From Chiloscyllium plagiosum (Eukaryota): a DNA stretch of 60,979 nucleotides. The notes beneath the pieces were generated by a model that was not told the origin of the DNA, made no database searches, and was given only the letters and a program-made list of their open reading frames with translations. The DNA is taken from assembly GCF_004010195.1 (NCBI RefSeq), contig NC_057754.1, positions 9,111,728-9,172,706 of the forward strand, read 5' to 3'. This document shows positions 22,720-34,924 of this stretch, in pieces; position 1 is the stretch's first letter; each line of letters starts with the position of its first letter. Both the position numbers and the translations under genes were made by a program.

Positions 22720-23443
22720 GTGGTCTTCCATCTTCCCAATACAGAAGAGCCACCCACCAACGCACCCTCCACTCCCAGCACCTTCACTTTCCGCCGCAAC
22801 AGGTGTAAAATCTGCACCCCACATCTCTGTCTGAGGCCCTAAAAGATCCCACCAGGTCTGACAGAGATTTGCCTGCCCATCCAAACACCTCATCTGCTCT
22901 GTCCATTGCTCTCGATTTGGTCTCCTCTACATCGGGGAGACAGGACGCCAAATCACGAAACATTCCAGAGAACATCTCCTGGACACACGCACCAAACAAC
23001 ACCACCACCCTGTGGCTGACCACATCAACTCCCTTTCCCACTCCACCAAGGATATGTAACTCCTGGGCCGCCTCCACCACAAAATCCAATCCACCTGAGG
23101 CCTGGAGGAAGAACACCTGATCTTCCGCCTTTGGACCCTCCAACCACTCGGCATCAATGTCGACTTCACTAGATTCCAAATCTCCCCCCCAACATCCCAG
23201 ATCCAACCCTTCAACTCGGCACCTCCTTCCAACCTATCCTCTCCACCCTCCCCTCTAACCTATCACCGTCAAGCCCCTCCTGCAAGTACCTATCATCTTC
23301 CCATCGATCTTTCCCCCGAGCCCCACCCCTACCCTCCTATTTATCTCTCAGCCTACCCCACTCCCCCCGACATTCCTGATGAAGGGCTTATGCCTGAAAT
23401 GTTGACTCTCCTGCTCTTTGGATGCTGCCTGACCTGCTGTGCT
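22720..23443 (+). mobile_element. PLE (family A, Neptune-like) GIY-YIG relic with pLTR
   Basis: RRNRCKIC linker, LYIGETGR...REH at 22925, LEEEHLIFRLWTLQPLGINVDF. Decayed hammerhead ctgatga-a-gggc-ttat-gcct-gaaa at 23376. Confidence 0.85.
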
Positions 23444-24182
23444 TGTCCCAGGGACAGGACAGGTTGGGATACCTCTGATGGGGGCGGTTTGTTCAATAAC
23501 TGACGTTGCTGGTCCAGGGACAGAGCACGTTGCGATGGCACAGGATTGGGGTTCATTCAGTGTCTGACCTTGAGCAGTCCTCACAACTCATCATCTGCAG
23601 GAACAATTCTGCACTCAGAAAGAGTTCAAAGAAAGGACTGCTTCAAGTCTCTGCCACCTGTATCCTGCAGCAATCCACATACAAAGAGCAGCTAAACGCA
23701 TTATATTTATTTTCCAATTGTTTTACAGTGATTCACCACAGTCATGACAGCTTACTGTCAATCTCATATTTGAAAGTGAGTTCCAATTGTGGGGCGGATT
23801 GAGGTGACGTTTATTGCGATTTACAGGTCAGTTACAGCATCCAGCAAAAAAGGCAAAAAGGCACACAAAAAGCTTCAGAATGTCTTAACTTATACACTTC
23901 AAGCTCAGAGCGCATATGCTCCCCCTTTGATTACTATTGGTCAGCTGAGCCAAGTTGTCCCTCTGGAATTGGCTCTCTTGTACAGCATCTTATACAATTG
24001 AAGCTTGCTTCAGCAAAACGACAAAGCAGTAGTCAGGCTTGTAGTCCACCCCTGTCCTTCATGATGTTTTCCAAACTCTTATCTCCCTTCTTGAGCCTTT
24101 TCACAATGGATAGCGTATTCAAGTAACATTTGCCAGCTGTTAACTACCAATTAGATAAATTTCTCACTACAGGGAATATGAA

Positions 24183-24325
24183 GTGTGGCATGGTGGCTCA
24201 GTGGTGAACACTGCAGCCTCACAGCACCAGAGACCTGGGTTCAATTCCACCCTCGGGTGGCAGTCTGTGTGGAGATTGCACATTTCCCCTGTTTATGTGA
24301 GTTCTTTCGGGTGCTCCAGTTACCT
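24183..24325 (+). mobile_element. HE1-type SINE, 5' part
   Basis: A/B boxes present. Absent from the paralogous unit at ~36930. Confidence 0.75.
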
Positions 24326-24924
24326 CAGGGTTTATAAAAGAATATTGATTTTTGATTCAATTTACTTTCTGTACCTATGATTTATTTCTCCCGGTTAGGT
24401 CTGAAACTGCTTTGAATCCTTTCCTTTCATTTGGAATCTATATCTAAAATTATTGATTAAACAACTAGTTAGTGTGGGATGTTCTTAATGATGTCTTATG
24501 TGTCAGCTGCAACTTGAGCTGCTATTGTTATCCAATGTGAAATGTTATTATCTAGGTCTTGTGTCTCAACAGTTACTGCTGACCTTGAGCTTACAGAATT
24601 TCCCAAACACTCTGTCAGCCATGTTCTGCTGCATTAGTCATGGCAGCCCTAACACTTACATTTAATGGAAGTAAGCCTTTCAGAAAATAATCCTTAACCC
24701 TCCATCTTTATCATATCTAGAATATTAAATCCCACTTCAGGTGTCGGGATGTTTACCACCAGCAGGATCTGACTGTCTAAATAAATCCAGTTCAATCTGG
24801 TTAGGATTATCAGTCGTAGCAGAAGAATCCAAACTTCATGTGTCAAAAGTTGAACAAGCTGATGTTTCAGCAGGGTGGCTGAATTATTGAATTCCTTCTC
24901 AAACACAAAACAGGTGAATGGTTT

Positions 24925-25866
24925 CTAACCCGTGTGAACGAGCTGATGCGCTCTCAAGCGGGAGGAATGAGTAAACCCCTTTCCACATTCAGGACATTTA
25001 ATAGGTTTCTCTTCCTTGTGAATCCACTGATGTTTCACCAGGTTAGTGTGCTGACTGAATCCCTTCCCACACTCCGAGCAGGTGAATGGCTTCTCCCCGG
25101 TGTGAATGCGTTGGTGTGCCCGCAGGTGGTATGACTGCTTAAACCTCTTTCCACAATCAGAGCACTCGAATGGTTTCTCATCAGTGTGAATGACCTCATG
25201 TTTCCGCAGGCCAGATGAATTTTTGAATCCCTTCCCACACAAGGAGCAGGTGAATGGTCTCTCGCCAACGTGAACTCGCTGGTGTGACAGGAGTTCGGAT
25301 GAAGATTTGAATCTCTTTCTACAGGATGTGCAGCTGAAAGGCCTCTCCTTAGTGTGAATTCGCTGGTGTACTACCAGGTTAGCTGACTGAGTGAATCCTT
25401 TCCCACACACTGAGCAGGTAAATGGCTTCTCCCCTGTGTGAGTACGTTGGTGTATCATCAGGATGGAGGACTGAGTGAATCCTTTCCCACACACAGAGCA
25501 GGTGAACGGTCTCTCCCCAGTATGAAGTCGCTGGTGTGCAGAGAGAGTGAAAGACTGTCTGAATCTTTTCCCACAATAAGTGCAGGTAAATGGCCTCTCC
25601 TCAGTGTGAACTCTCTGGTGTAACATGAGGTTGGCTGACTTAGAAAATCCCCTCCCACATACGGAGCATATGAATGGCTTCTCCCCAGTGTGAGTGCGTC
25701 GATGAATTTCCAGCAGGGATGGATAATTGAATCCTTTACCACAATCCTCACATTTCCATGGTTTATCTGCACTGTCAGCCACATTGTGACTGCGTTGATG
25801 ATATTCCAAACGGGATCGGTAAATGAAGGCTTTACCGCAGTCATCACATTTCCATGGTTTCTCCAT
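24925..25866 (-). CDS. C2H2 zinc-finger protein, 11 fingers; chimera of gene 1 (5') and gene 3 (3') (ZNF gene 2)
   Basis: ORF from ATG 25866. Fingers 1-7 and the start of finger 8 match gene 1; from KNSSGLRKHEVIH onward it matches the last four fingers of gene 3, including HTG*. Confidence 0.9.
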   Translation of the reverse strand: MEKPWKCDDCGKAFIYRSRLEYHQRSHNVADSADKPWKCEDCGKGFNYPSLLEIHRRTHTGEKPFICSVCGRGFSKSANLMLHQRVHTEERPFTCTYCGKRFRQSFTLSAHQRLHTGERPFTCSVCGKGFTQSSILMIHQRTHTGEKPFTCSVCGKGFTQSANLVVHQRIHTKERPFSCTSCRKRFKSSSELLSHQRVHVGERPFTCSLCGKGFKNSSGLRKHEVIHTDEKPFECSDCGKRFKQSYHLRAHQRIHTGEKPFTCSECGKGFSQHTNLVKHQWIHKEEKPIKCPECGKGFTHSSRLRAHQLVHTG

Positions 25867-26229
25867 GCTGCCGCTGTCCTTGTGTCTCTCCAGTTTGAGC
25901 AATCAATCAAAGCCTTGTTCACATGCAGAATGTGTTAACAATTTCTCCCACTGCAAAATGGAGTGATGTATTTTCAGAGTGTATAGCAAGTGGAGGGTTC
26001 ACCACAGTCAGGGCACAGGAACACTCTCAATCCTGTGTGTTGGCATTTTTCCCATTCAGAACGATATTTGAAATCTTTTCCCAAAGATAAACACAGAGCA
26101 GTCAGTTGTTAAGTTCTATGGAGCATTTGTTTTCCTCTTATATTTTCACAGAGCCTTTGAATCCAAATCTATAGCACCACCTCGTCACTCTACTTCCAGG
26201 TGAGCGCTTTCCTCTCCGTGTTTGGATCT

Positions 26230-26818
26230 CCAGCTCTCATGTTCAGATCTCCCCTGATCACAGACCCGGAAGCTCAGCTCAGTCAGTTACCTCACCAAGA
26301 TGGCCGCCGATTTGGCCTGCACTTCCCCCAAAATGGCGGACGGCCCGTTTCCCGGGCAACCCTGGCCCATCCCCAAAATGGCGGACCCCCGCGAGCCTGG
26401 GTGACTTTGCCCCACCCCCAAAAGGCGGACGGCTCGTTGCCTGGGTAACCCTGTTCCACCTCCACCCAAGGGAGGAAACCCGGCCCTGACTCCCGCTCAC
26501 AAGGTGGCGTTCAGTGAGCACGGTCCCATCGGGAAGGACCCGCCCGCAGGGCAAGCACGGGAGACCGTAAACTGTTATTCAGAGCCGTAGGCCTCAATGG
26601 CCGCGGTCTCCTTTCCTACCCTGCCTCACAATCTTCTTCCGCCGCCCGAATCGTCCGCGCTTCTTCAGACTGTCCCCATGACTGGGACTGAGCATGCTCA
26701 GAGCACTGCCCGCTCCCGCACCTGCGCACTGGGCTCCCTTACCCACTGATAGGGGGCTTTCTGCACCACAGAGGGGTCTAGGTAAATAATCTGCCATTGG
26801 TCTCCTATCATCACTGAT
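26230..26818 (-). promoter_or_regulatory. CpG-rich promoter/first-exon region of ZNF gene 2 (paralog of 13780-14365)
   Basis: Same motifs as the gene 1 promoter at an offset of ~12450 bp. Confidence 0.65.
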
Positions 26819-26939
26819 ATGCAACCTTAGCAGTGTGATGCATTCTGGCTATATAACATTGACATTGAATTGGTGACTAGTAGTTAATGATTCCACATAT
26901 CACCAAAGTCAAACCCAAAAGCCTAAAACAAAATACAGT

Positions 26940-28005
26940 TAGAGACAAAAAAACTGTGCATTCTGGAATCTAAAGTACACAGGTAGGAGGCTGAGAGCCA
27001 GGCAGTATCAGTAGGTGGAGAAGTCAACGTTCTTCAGGACTCGGTTTGGGTGGAATGGGGTACTGCCGATAAAGGGAGAAGTGACAGAGGGTTTTGGGTG
27101 AGGAGAGGGTGGTGAGATAGTGATAGGTGAACACAGGTAGAGGGCACCGCCTAAGTGGGAGGAATGAATCCAGTTGATAGCTATAACGTAAGGTCAGTTA
27201 ATACCCATTTATATTCCCTTCCCATTCCCTCTCCAACATAACCATTCTTGGTGTCCTCCACTGCCACAGTGAATCAGACTACAAATTGGAGGAACAAAAT
27301 CTCACCTTCTGCCTGGGTAACCTACAGCTCAGAGGACCTGATAGAGGTTTATAAAATCATGAGGGGCATAGATAGTTAAGTAGACAAGGTATTTTCCTTG
27401 GGGTGGCAAAGTCCAGAATTAGAGGGCATAGGTTTAGGGTGAGAGGGGAAAGATTTAAAAGGGACCCTAAGGGGCAACTTTTTCACACAAAGAGTGGTGT
27501 GTGTATGGAATGAGCTGCCAGAAGTGGTGGAGGGTGGTACAATTACAACATTGAAAAGGCATCTGGATGATTGTATGAATATGAAGGGTTTAGGGGGATA
27601 TAGGCCAAGTGTGGCAAACGGGACTAGACTAGGTTAGGATATCTGTTTGGCATGGACGAGTTGGACTGAAGGGTCTGTTTCCATGCTGTACATCTCTATG
27701 ACTCAACATTGAGTTCTCCAATTTCAATTTCCTTCCCATCCCCCGTCTCCCTTTCCAGCCCCTCCTCCTCCTTTCCTCTGACCAGCCCTTCCTTTCCATT
27801 ATCAACCAGATTCATTCCTTCCATCGACCAACTAGGCAGGTACCCTCTACCTGTATTCATCTATCACTACCTCACCACTCCCCCCTTTATCTGTAGCTCC
27901 CCTTACCCCCAGTCCTCAAGAAGGGTTATACCCGAAACATTGACTTCTGTATCTCCTGATGCTGCCTGGATTGCTGTGTTCTTCCAGCCTCCTGCTCATC
28001 TAAAA
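26940..28005 (+). mobile_element. PLE (family D): inverted pLTR, direct GIY-YIG C-terminus and pLTR, split by a CR1 (27339-27703)
   Basis: KLEEQNLTFCLGNLQLRG / NIEFSNF across the CR1. Hammerhead-like agtc-ctcaaga-a-gggt-tat-accc-gaaac-att-gact at 27911-27945. Confidence 0.75.
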
Positions 28006-28559
28006 CAAAATATAAGCACTGAAATTATGTAAAAGCCCAAATGTGTAGGCCCTTCTGCCTGTTCATCCTGCAATTCACCTGTACCTCCTCTGACCAAATT
28101 GGAAAAGAGGCAGAAGTGGAAATTTCCAAGTATCTGTGCTGGCACCACTGTTCTAATTGTGAATAGCTAAATATTAAGATGAACAATAGAAACCAAAGTG
28201 GGAGTGTATGTTTAAAACGAGAAGGAATGCAGAATAATACAAGAAGATTTGAGAAAAAATGCAGACTGGATAGTGAATTAGCAAATGAACTTCAGTGGTA
28301 ATATGCTATGATGTACTTTGGTTAGAAAACTGATGAAAATCATTCTACACCTTACAGTAATAAGTCCATTACTGGTGTAAAAGAGAAAAAAATCTCTGTA
28401 GACAAGTTAATAATTAATTGCAAACACAGTCACAAGCCAACAAATCACTTTTTTAAAATCACATTTATTTCCGGAGATACAATATTCAGAACTAGTGAAG
28501 TTAGGCTCATGTTTGCATGGTCCTGAGGTACAATTCATGCTTTAAAAAGGGACAAAAAA

Positions 28560-31500
28560 TTAGAACATAACCAGGAGCAGGAGTAGACCATCTGTCCCTT
28601 TCAGCCAGTTCCACCCTTCAGTAAGATCGTTGCTGATCTTTTCGTGGCCTACTTCCACTTACCCACCCTCTCACCATGACCCTTAATTCCATTACTGTTT
28701 AAAAAATTATCTACCTTAGCCTTAAAAGCATTCAATGAGGAAGCCTCAACAACTTCGCTGGGCAGGGAATTCCACAGATTCGCAACCATTTGGGTGAAAA
28801 AGTTCCTCAATGCTAAATCTGCTGCCCCTAATTTTGAGGCTATGCTCTCTCATTCTAGTTTTACCCACCAGTGGAAGCATCCTCTCTGCTTTTATCTTAT
28901 CTATTCCCTTCATAATTTTTATGTTTCTATAAGATCCCCCTTTATTCTTTTAAATTACAATGAATATAACCCCAGTCGACTCAGTATCTTCCCATAAGCC
29001 AACCGTCTCAGTGTGGAATCAACCTGGTGCACCCACTGCAGTGTCAGTACATCCTTTCTCAAGTAAGGAGACCAAAACTGCAAGCAGTACTCCAGGTGTG
29101 GCCTCACCTGCACCTTATACAGCTGTACCATAACCTCCCTGCTTTTAAACTCAAACCTTTTAGCATGGAGGAGAAAATTCCATTTTTCTTAATTACCTAC
29201 TGCACCTGTAGACCAAGCTTCATTGATTCATGCACAAGGACACCCAGGTCCCTCTGCATAGCAGCATGCTGCAATTTTTTACTGTTCGAATAAAACTCCT
29301 TTTTACTGTAATTCCTATTGAAATGGATGGCTTCACATTTACTAATATTGTACTTCATCTGCCAGACCTTTGCCCGCTCACTTAAACTATCTATGTCCCT
29401 TTGTAAAGTTTCATAGTCCTCTGCACACTTTGCTTTACCACTTTGTCATCTATAAACTTTGACATACTACAGATGGTCCCCAACTCCAAATCATCTATGT
29501 AAATTGTAAACAATTGCAGTTCCAACACTGATCTCTGAGGCACACCACGAGTTACTGATCACCAACCAGAAATTACTTATTCCCGTTCTTTGCTTCCTGT
29601 TAGTTATCCAATCCTCTAACCATGCTAATACATTAGTCATAACGCTGTGTACCTTTGTCTTATGAAGCAGCCTTTTCTGCAGCACCTTGTCGAATACCTT
29701 TTGGAAATCCAAACCCTTAACACTATGGCACTCCCAGTCTATGTTTGGAAAGTTAAAATTCCCTACCATGATCACTGTATTATTCTCACAGATAACTGCG
29801 ATCTCCTTACGAATTTGTTTCACAATTTCCCGCTAACTATTGAGCTGTCTACAGTACAAAGTAAGGTGATCATCTCTTTCTTATCTCGCAGTTCCACCCA
29901 AATAACTTCCCTGGACATATGCCCACGAATATCCTCCCTAAATACTGCTACAATGTTATCTCTATTCAAAATGTAACTCTCTCTCCTGTCTCGCCCCCTT
30001 TCGATCCTTCCTGTAGCATCTATAGGAACATTAAGCTGCCTGCCTATCCATCCCTGAGCCATCTTTCTGTAATTGCTATGATATCCCAGTCCCATGTTCC
30101 TCACCATGCCCTGAGTTCATCTGCCTTACTTGTTAGGCCTCTTGCATTGAAATAAATGCAGTTTTATTTATCTCTACTTTGTTCCTGCCCGCCTTGAGTG
30201 CTTGACTCACACTTTTACCCAACTGTACCATTCTCAGACAGATCTCTTTCTTCACTATCTCCCTGGGATTCCCCCCCTCTTTTAGTTGTTTAAATTCTCC
30301 CAAGCAGCTCTAGCAATTCTCCCTGGCAGTACTGTATATTAATCCTCTTCCAATTCAGGTGCAATCTGTCATTCTTGCATAGGTCACTTCTACCCTGAAA
30401 GAGACTCCAATGATGCAAAACTGTGAATCCTTCTCTCCTGCATTAGCTCTTTAGCCACACATTTAGCTGCTCTATCCTCCTATTCCTACCCTAGTACAAA
30501 GTGCCAGGAATAATCTAGATATTACTACTCTCGAGGACCTACTTTTTAAATTCCTGCCTAACTTCCTGTATTCTCTCCTCAGAATCTCGTCCTTTTCCCT
30601 TCCTGCATTGTTAGTTCCAATGTGTACAATGGCCTGCTGCTGGTCCCTCTTACCTTTGAGAATATTCTGCATCATCTCCGAGATATCTATGACCCTAGCT
30701 TTAGGGAGGCAATACACCATTCTGATGTCTCACTGTTGGCCGCAGAAACATCTGTCTGTACCTCTGACCAGAGAGTCCCCTACCAGAATGGATTGCTTGG
30801 AACATGGCATAATCTTCATTACATTAGACTCGGTCTCAATACCAGAAACCTGGCTGTCAGTGCTACATTCCCCTGAGGGTCCATCAACCCCTACACTTTC
30901 CAAAACAGCACACTTGTTTGAGATGGGGATAGCCACAGGAGACTCCTGCAATACCTGCCTCCCTCTCCTACCTTTCCTGGAGGTCACTCATCTAACTGAC
31001 TGTTCCATCAGTTTATCTCCTTCCATGCAACCACCATCCATCACACCCCTTAGCTCCTGTAAATTCCTCATTGCCTCCAAGGTGCCGATTTGAAAGGACT
31101 CACAACCAAACACACTTCCTGCAGACATATTCATCAGTAACACTGAAACTCTCCCTAATCTCCCACATCCAACAGGAAGACCACATCACTCTACTAAAGA
31201 CCATCTTTTCACCTTAGTAATCTACAAACCCAGAAAATAGCACTGTCTTACTGAACTAAAAAATACTGTTCCAGGCTAGCTCAATACCTATGTTTTTTAT
31301 ATTTTTAACGTTTAATCAAGACACAGTTCTCAATAACAACATAATAAAAAAACCCACTTCTCACTATTGTAGATTTACAAAAGAAAAACAGTAAGGTTAC
31401 ACGTTAAAAAGCCACTTAGCTGCTCCTCTGCTGTAAGCTCCCACATACAGGTTTCTCCAAGGTCAGCTGTGAATTACACTGTTTGTTTATTTTTCTTAGA

Positions 31501-31830
31501 ACAAACTCTGATTTCCAGAGATACTTGAAACAAGCCAGCAAAGGCAGCAGTTGTGCAGATTACTGCTGGGTCAGACAGCAGTGTAGGTTTTTTTTTGTTT
31601 GAATCACTTCCCGTATGGTCACTGCCTTTATTTGTCTTCCTCCTTTTAAAAGTGCTATTGTTTTGATCTTTTCTTCCAAAACAATCCAAGAATTTATACA
31701 ACAGTAATTATTGTTCCTAGAACTCGAGGAAATCAGTTCCAACGGTGAAAATGCCTCAAAAAGGAGCAACCCTCACAGCCACAATTCTTTTCACATCCTC
31801 CATCTTGGATTGCCCAGAATCCTATGCTGC
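28560..31830 (-). mobile_element. CR1 LINE with ORF1 (SGNH esterase), partial EN/RT and 3' end
   Basis: ILVGDSLVRGTDR, VHIGTNN, VGNFNFPNIDW fused to LDFQKVFDKV. Confidence 0.85.
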
Positions 31831-32219
31831 AATGAAGCGTCTGTTTATTCTACATTAGTAATTATAAATCTAATCATTACCCAACGGTCACTCTATTTCA
31901 GCTTGACCATGTACATACATCTGCTTCCTTTTCTGCCTTATCATGTTCTGTCTGGTTTTGCTCCAGTGAACTTCCTATGGTCAAATTCAATTGTGAAATT
32001 GCCCAGCCAGTCTCTTAATCGAGAATGGTATCTGCTCTCAAAGTTTCTTATCATGGGCCTTCAGAGTATCCGCAAAGGCCAATTCTCAACCTGCAAATCT
32101 TTGAGCATGTGAGCCAGGGTGACAATGTGGTAGCGAATCTAAACTGGAGGATTATTATCTTTGCCATCATTCTGCCTCATCATGAATACATTATGACACA
32201 AAGTGTGATGCAGCTAATG

Positions 32220-32383
32220 CTGCAAATGTGTTGCTGGAAAAGCGCAGCAGGATTCCTGAAGAAGGGCTCATGCGCGAAACGTCGATTCTCTTGCTCCTTG
32301 GATGCTGTCTGACCTGCTGCGCTTTTCCAGCAACACATTTTCAGCTCTGATCTCCAGCATCTGCAGTCCTTACTTTCTCCTCC
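32220..32383 (+). mobile_element. Fold-back PLE pLTR element (family A) with hammerhead
   Basis: Short inverted arm, then CUGAAGA-A-GGGC-UCAU-GCGC-GAAAC-GUC (32256-32283) and tail. TSD gtgatgcagctaatg at 32205-32219/32384-32398. Confidence 0.82.
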
Positions 32384-32483
32384 GTGATGCAGCTAATGAC
32401 AATTTGTCACCATTGTGAATATTTATCAGTCAGTGCATTGAGTATAGGACTTTGGAGGTCATGTTGCAGCTGTACACAGGACA

Positions 32484-32755
32484 TTAGATTCCCGGCAGTG
32501 TGGAAACAGGCCCTTTGGCCCAACCAGTCCACACTGACCCTCTGAAGAGTAACCCACCCTCTGACTAATGCACCTAACACTATGGACCTGGCCAATCCAC
32601 CATCTTTGGACTGTGGGAGGAAACCGGAGCAAATCCACACACACATGGGAAGAATGTGCAAACTCCACACAGACGGTCACCCAAGGCAGGAATGGAACCT
32701 AGGATCCTGGTGCTGTGAGGCAGCAGTGCTAACCACTGAACCACCATGCCGCCCC
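32484..32755 (-). mobile_element. HE1-type SINE
   Basis: Reverse-complement SINE head at 32700-32755. Confidence 0.8.
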
Positions 32756-32966
32756 ATTAGTTAGGCCACTTTTGGAACACTGCCTTCAATTCTGGTCTCT
32801 CTGCTCTAAGAAAAGTGTTGTGAATTTTGAAAAAGTTCAGAAAAGATTGAGAAGGATGTTGTAAGGGTTGGAGTCATGATTTGGAGATGCCGGTGTTGGA
32901 CTGGGGTGTACAAAATTAAAAATCACACAACACCAGGTTATAGTCCAACAGGTTTAATTGGAAGCA

Positions 32967-33001
32967 CACTAGCTTTCGGAGCGACGCTCCTTCATCAGGT
33001 G
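32967..33001 (-). ncRNA. Minimal hammerhead ribozyme motif
   Basis: CAC-CUGAUGA-A-GGAGC-GUC-GCUCC-GAAA-GC-UA-GUG. Confidence 0.8.
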
Positions 33002-33237
33002 ATAGTAGAGGGCTCAATCCTAACACAGAATTTACAGCAAAAATTTACAGTGTGATGTAACTGAAATTATATATTGAAAAATTGATTGTCTGTTAAGCCT
33101 TTCATCTGTTAGAACACAGTGATAGTTTCACTTCTTTCATGTGTAAATCACAAAACCTTTTTTTTAAAAAAGATTCATTTACATCACACTGTAAATTTTT
33201 ACTATAAATTCTGTGTTAGGATTGAGCCCTCCACTAT

Positions 33238-33272
33238 CACCTGATGAAGGAGTGTCGCTCCGAAAGCTAGTG
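33238..33272 (+). ncRNA. Minimal hammerhead ribozyme motif
   Basis: CAC-CUGAUGA-A-GGAGU-GUC-GCUCC-GAAA-GC-UA-GUG (U-G wobble in stem II). Confidence 0.78.
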
Positions 33273-34924
33273 TGCTTCCAATTAAACCTATTGGACTATA
33301 ACCTGGTGTTGTGTGATTTTTAACTTTGTAAGGGTTGGAGGATTTGAGCTATAGGGAGAGGCTGAATAGGCTGGGGCTGTTTTCCCTGGGGTGTCGAAGG
33401 CTGAGGGTGACCTGACAGAAGTTTATAAAATTATGAGAGGCATGGATACAGTGATAGCCAAGGCCATTTCCACAAGGTATGGGAGTCCAAAACTAGAGGG
33501 CATAGGTTTAAGCTGAGGGGAAAAATCTTAAAAGGGCTTAAAGAGCAATTTTTCACAGTGTGGGTGGTGCGCAAATGGAATGTGGAGGCTGACACAATTA
33601 CAACATTTAAAATGCATCTGGATGATATGAATAGGAAGGGTTTGGAGGGATATGGGCCAAACACTGGCAAATTGGACTAGACTAACTTAGGAAATCTGGT
33701 TGACAATCATGAGTTGGACTGAAGGATCTGTTTCCGTGCTGTGCATGCCTGACCCCAAGTGGTGCCAGCTTCTCATGGCTATTAAGAACAGTATTGCTCT
33801 GGTTCAAAGAGAGCAGGCTGCAGGGAGCTTGTATTTCATTAAATATGGATGGATCTTGGACAATCTAATACTTGTTTTTATAACAGGAAATAAGTTTAAG
33901 AGCTAGATTAGGAGAAACTATTTCTTCAACTGGGGAATCCAGAATGAGGAAGCACAGTCTTAAAAGAGTCCAGAGTGAAATGAGGAATAACTTGTTCACA
34001 GAAAGGCTTATGGATATCATGACCAGTCTTCCCCAACGCTGTAAATGTCGGATGTCCTGTAAACTTCTGCAATGGCAGTTGATAGAATTTTGTTGAAGAT
34101 AACAAAGCACGTGGCTCACAGTCCAGACAATGGAATTGAGGTGCAGATGGGCAATGATCTACTGTAATGGTGCAGCAGATGTAAGGGAATAAATGGTCTG
34201 CTTCTGTTCCTATGTTCGGGTTGCAATCTCTCCAGCAATAATTGTCATTTAGAGGCAACTAATGATGTTCAGTGTCTGATCCAGAACTGTCCCAGGTGGA
34301 GGACAAGTTGTGATATCTCTGATGGGAACTGTTTGTTCAGGGCCCAGGGACAGAGCAAGTTGTGATGGCAGAGGAGTGGAATTCATTCAGTGTTTGACCC
34401 TGAGCAGCACTCACAACTTACTGTCTGCGGCTACCACTCTGCTCTCAGAAAGAGTTCAAGGGATGGACGGCTTCATCAAGTCTCTGCCACTTGTATCCCA
34501 CAGCAATCCACATACAATGAACAGCTACAAGCATTACATTTATTTTCCATTTGTTTTACAATAATTCACCACAGTTATGACAGCTTACTGTTAGATCTCA
34601 TATTTTAATGAGAGTCTGAGTCGTGGGACGTATTCAGGTGATCTATATTGCGATTTACAGCTCAGTTACAGCAGACAGCAACAAGGCACAAAGGCAAAAA
34701 GGGCACATTAAAAGCTTCAGAATGTCTTAATTATACACTTCAAGCTCAGAGCGCGTATGCTCCCCCTTTGATTACTATTGGTCAACGGAGCCAAGTTGTC
34801 CCTCTGTAATTGGCTCTCTGGTACAGCATCTTAATACAATTTAAACTTGCGTCAGCAAAATGATAAAGCAATACACAAGCTTGTAGTCCACCCCGAGTCG
34901 TTCATGACGTTTTCCAGACTCTTT

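Larger units (their letters stand above)
32874..33330 (-). mobile_element. Fold-back PLE pLTR element (family C) with two opposite-strand hammerheads
   Basis: ~150-bp inverted arms. TSD ttgtaagggttggag at 32859-32873/33326-33340, inside a CR1. Confidence 0.85.
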
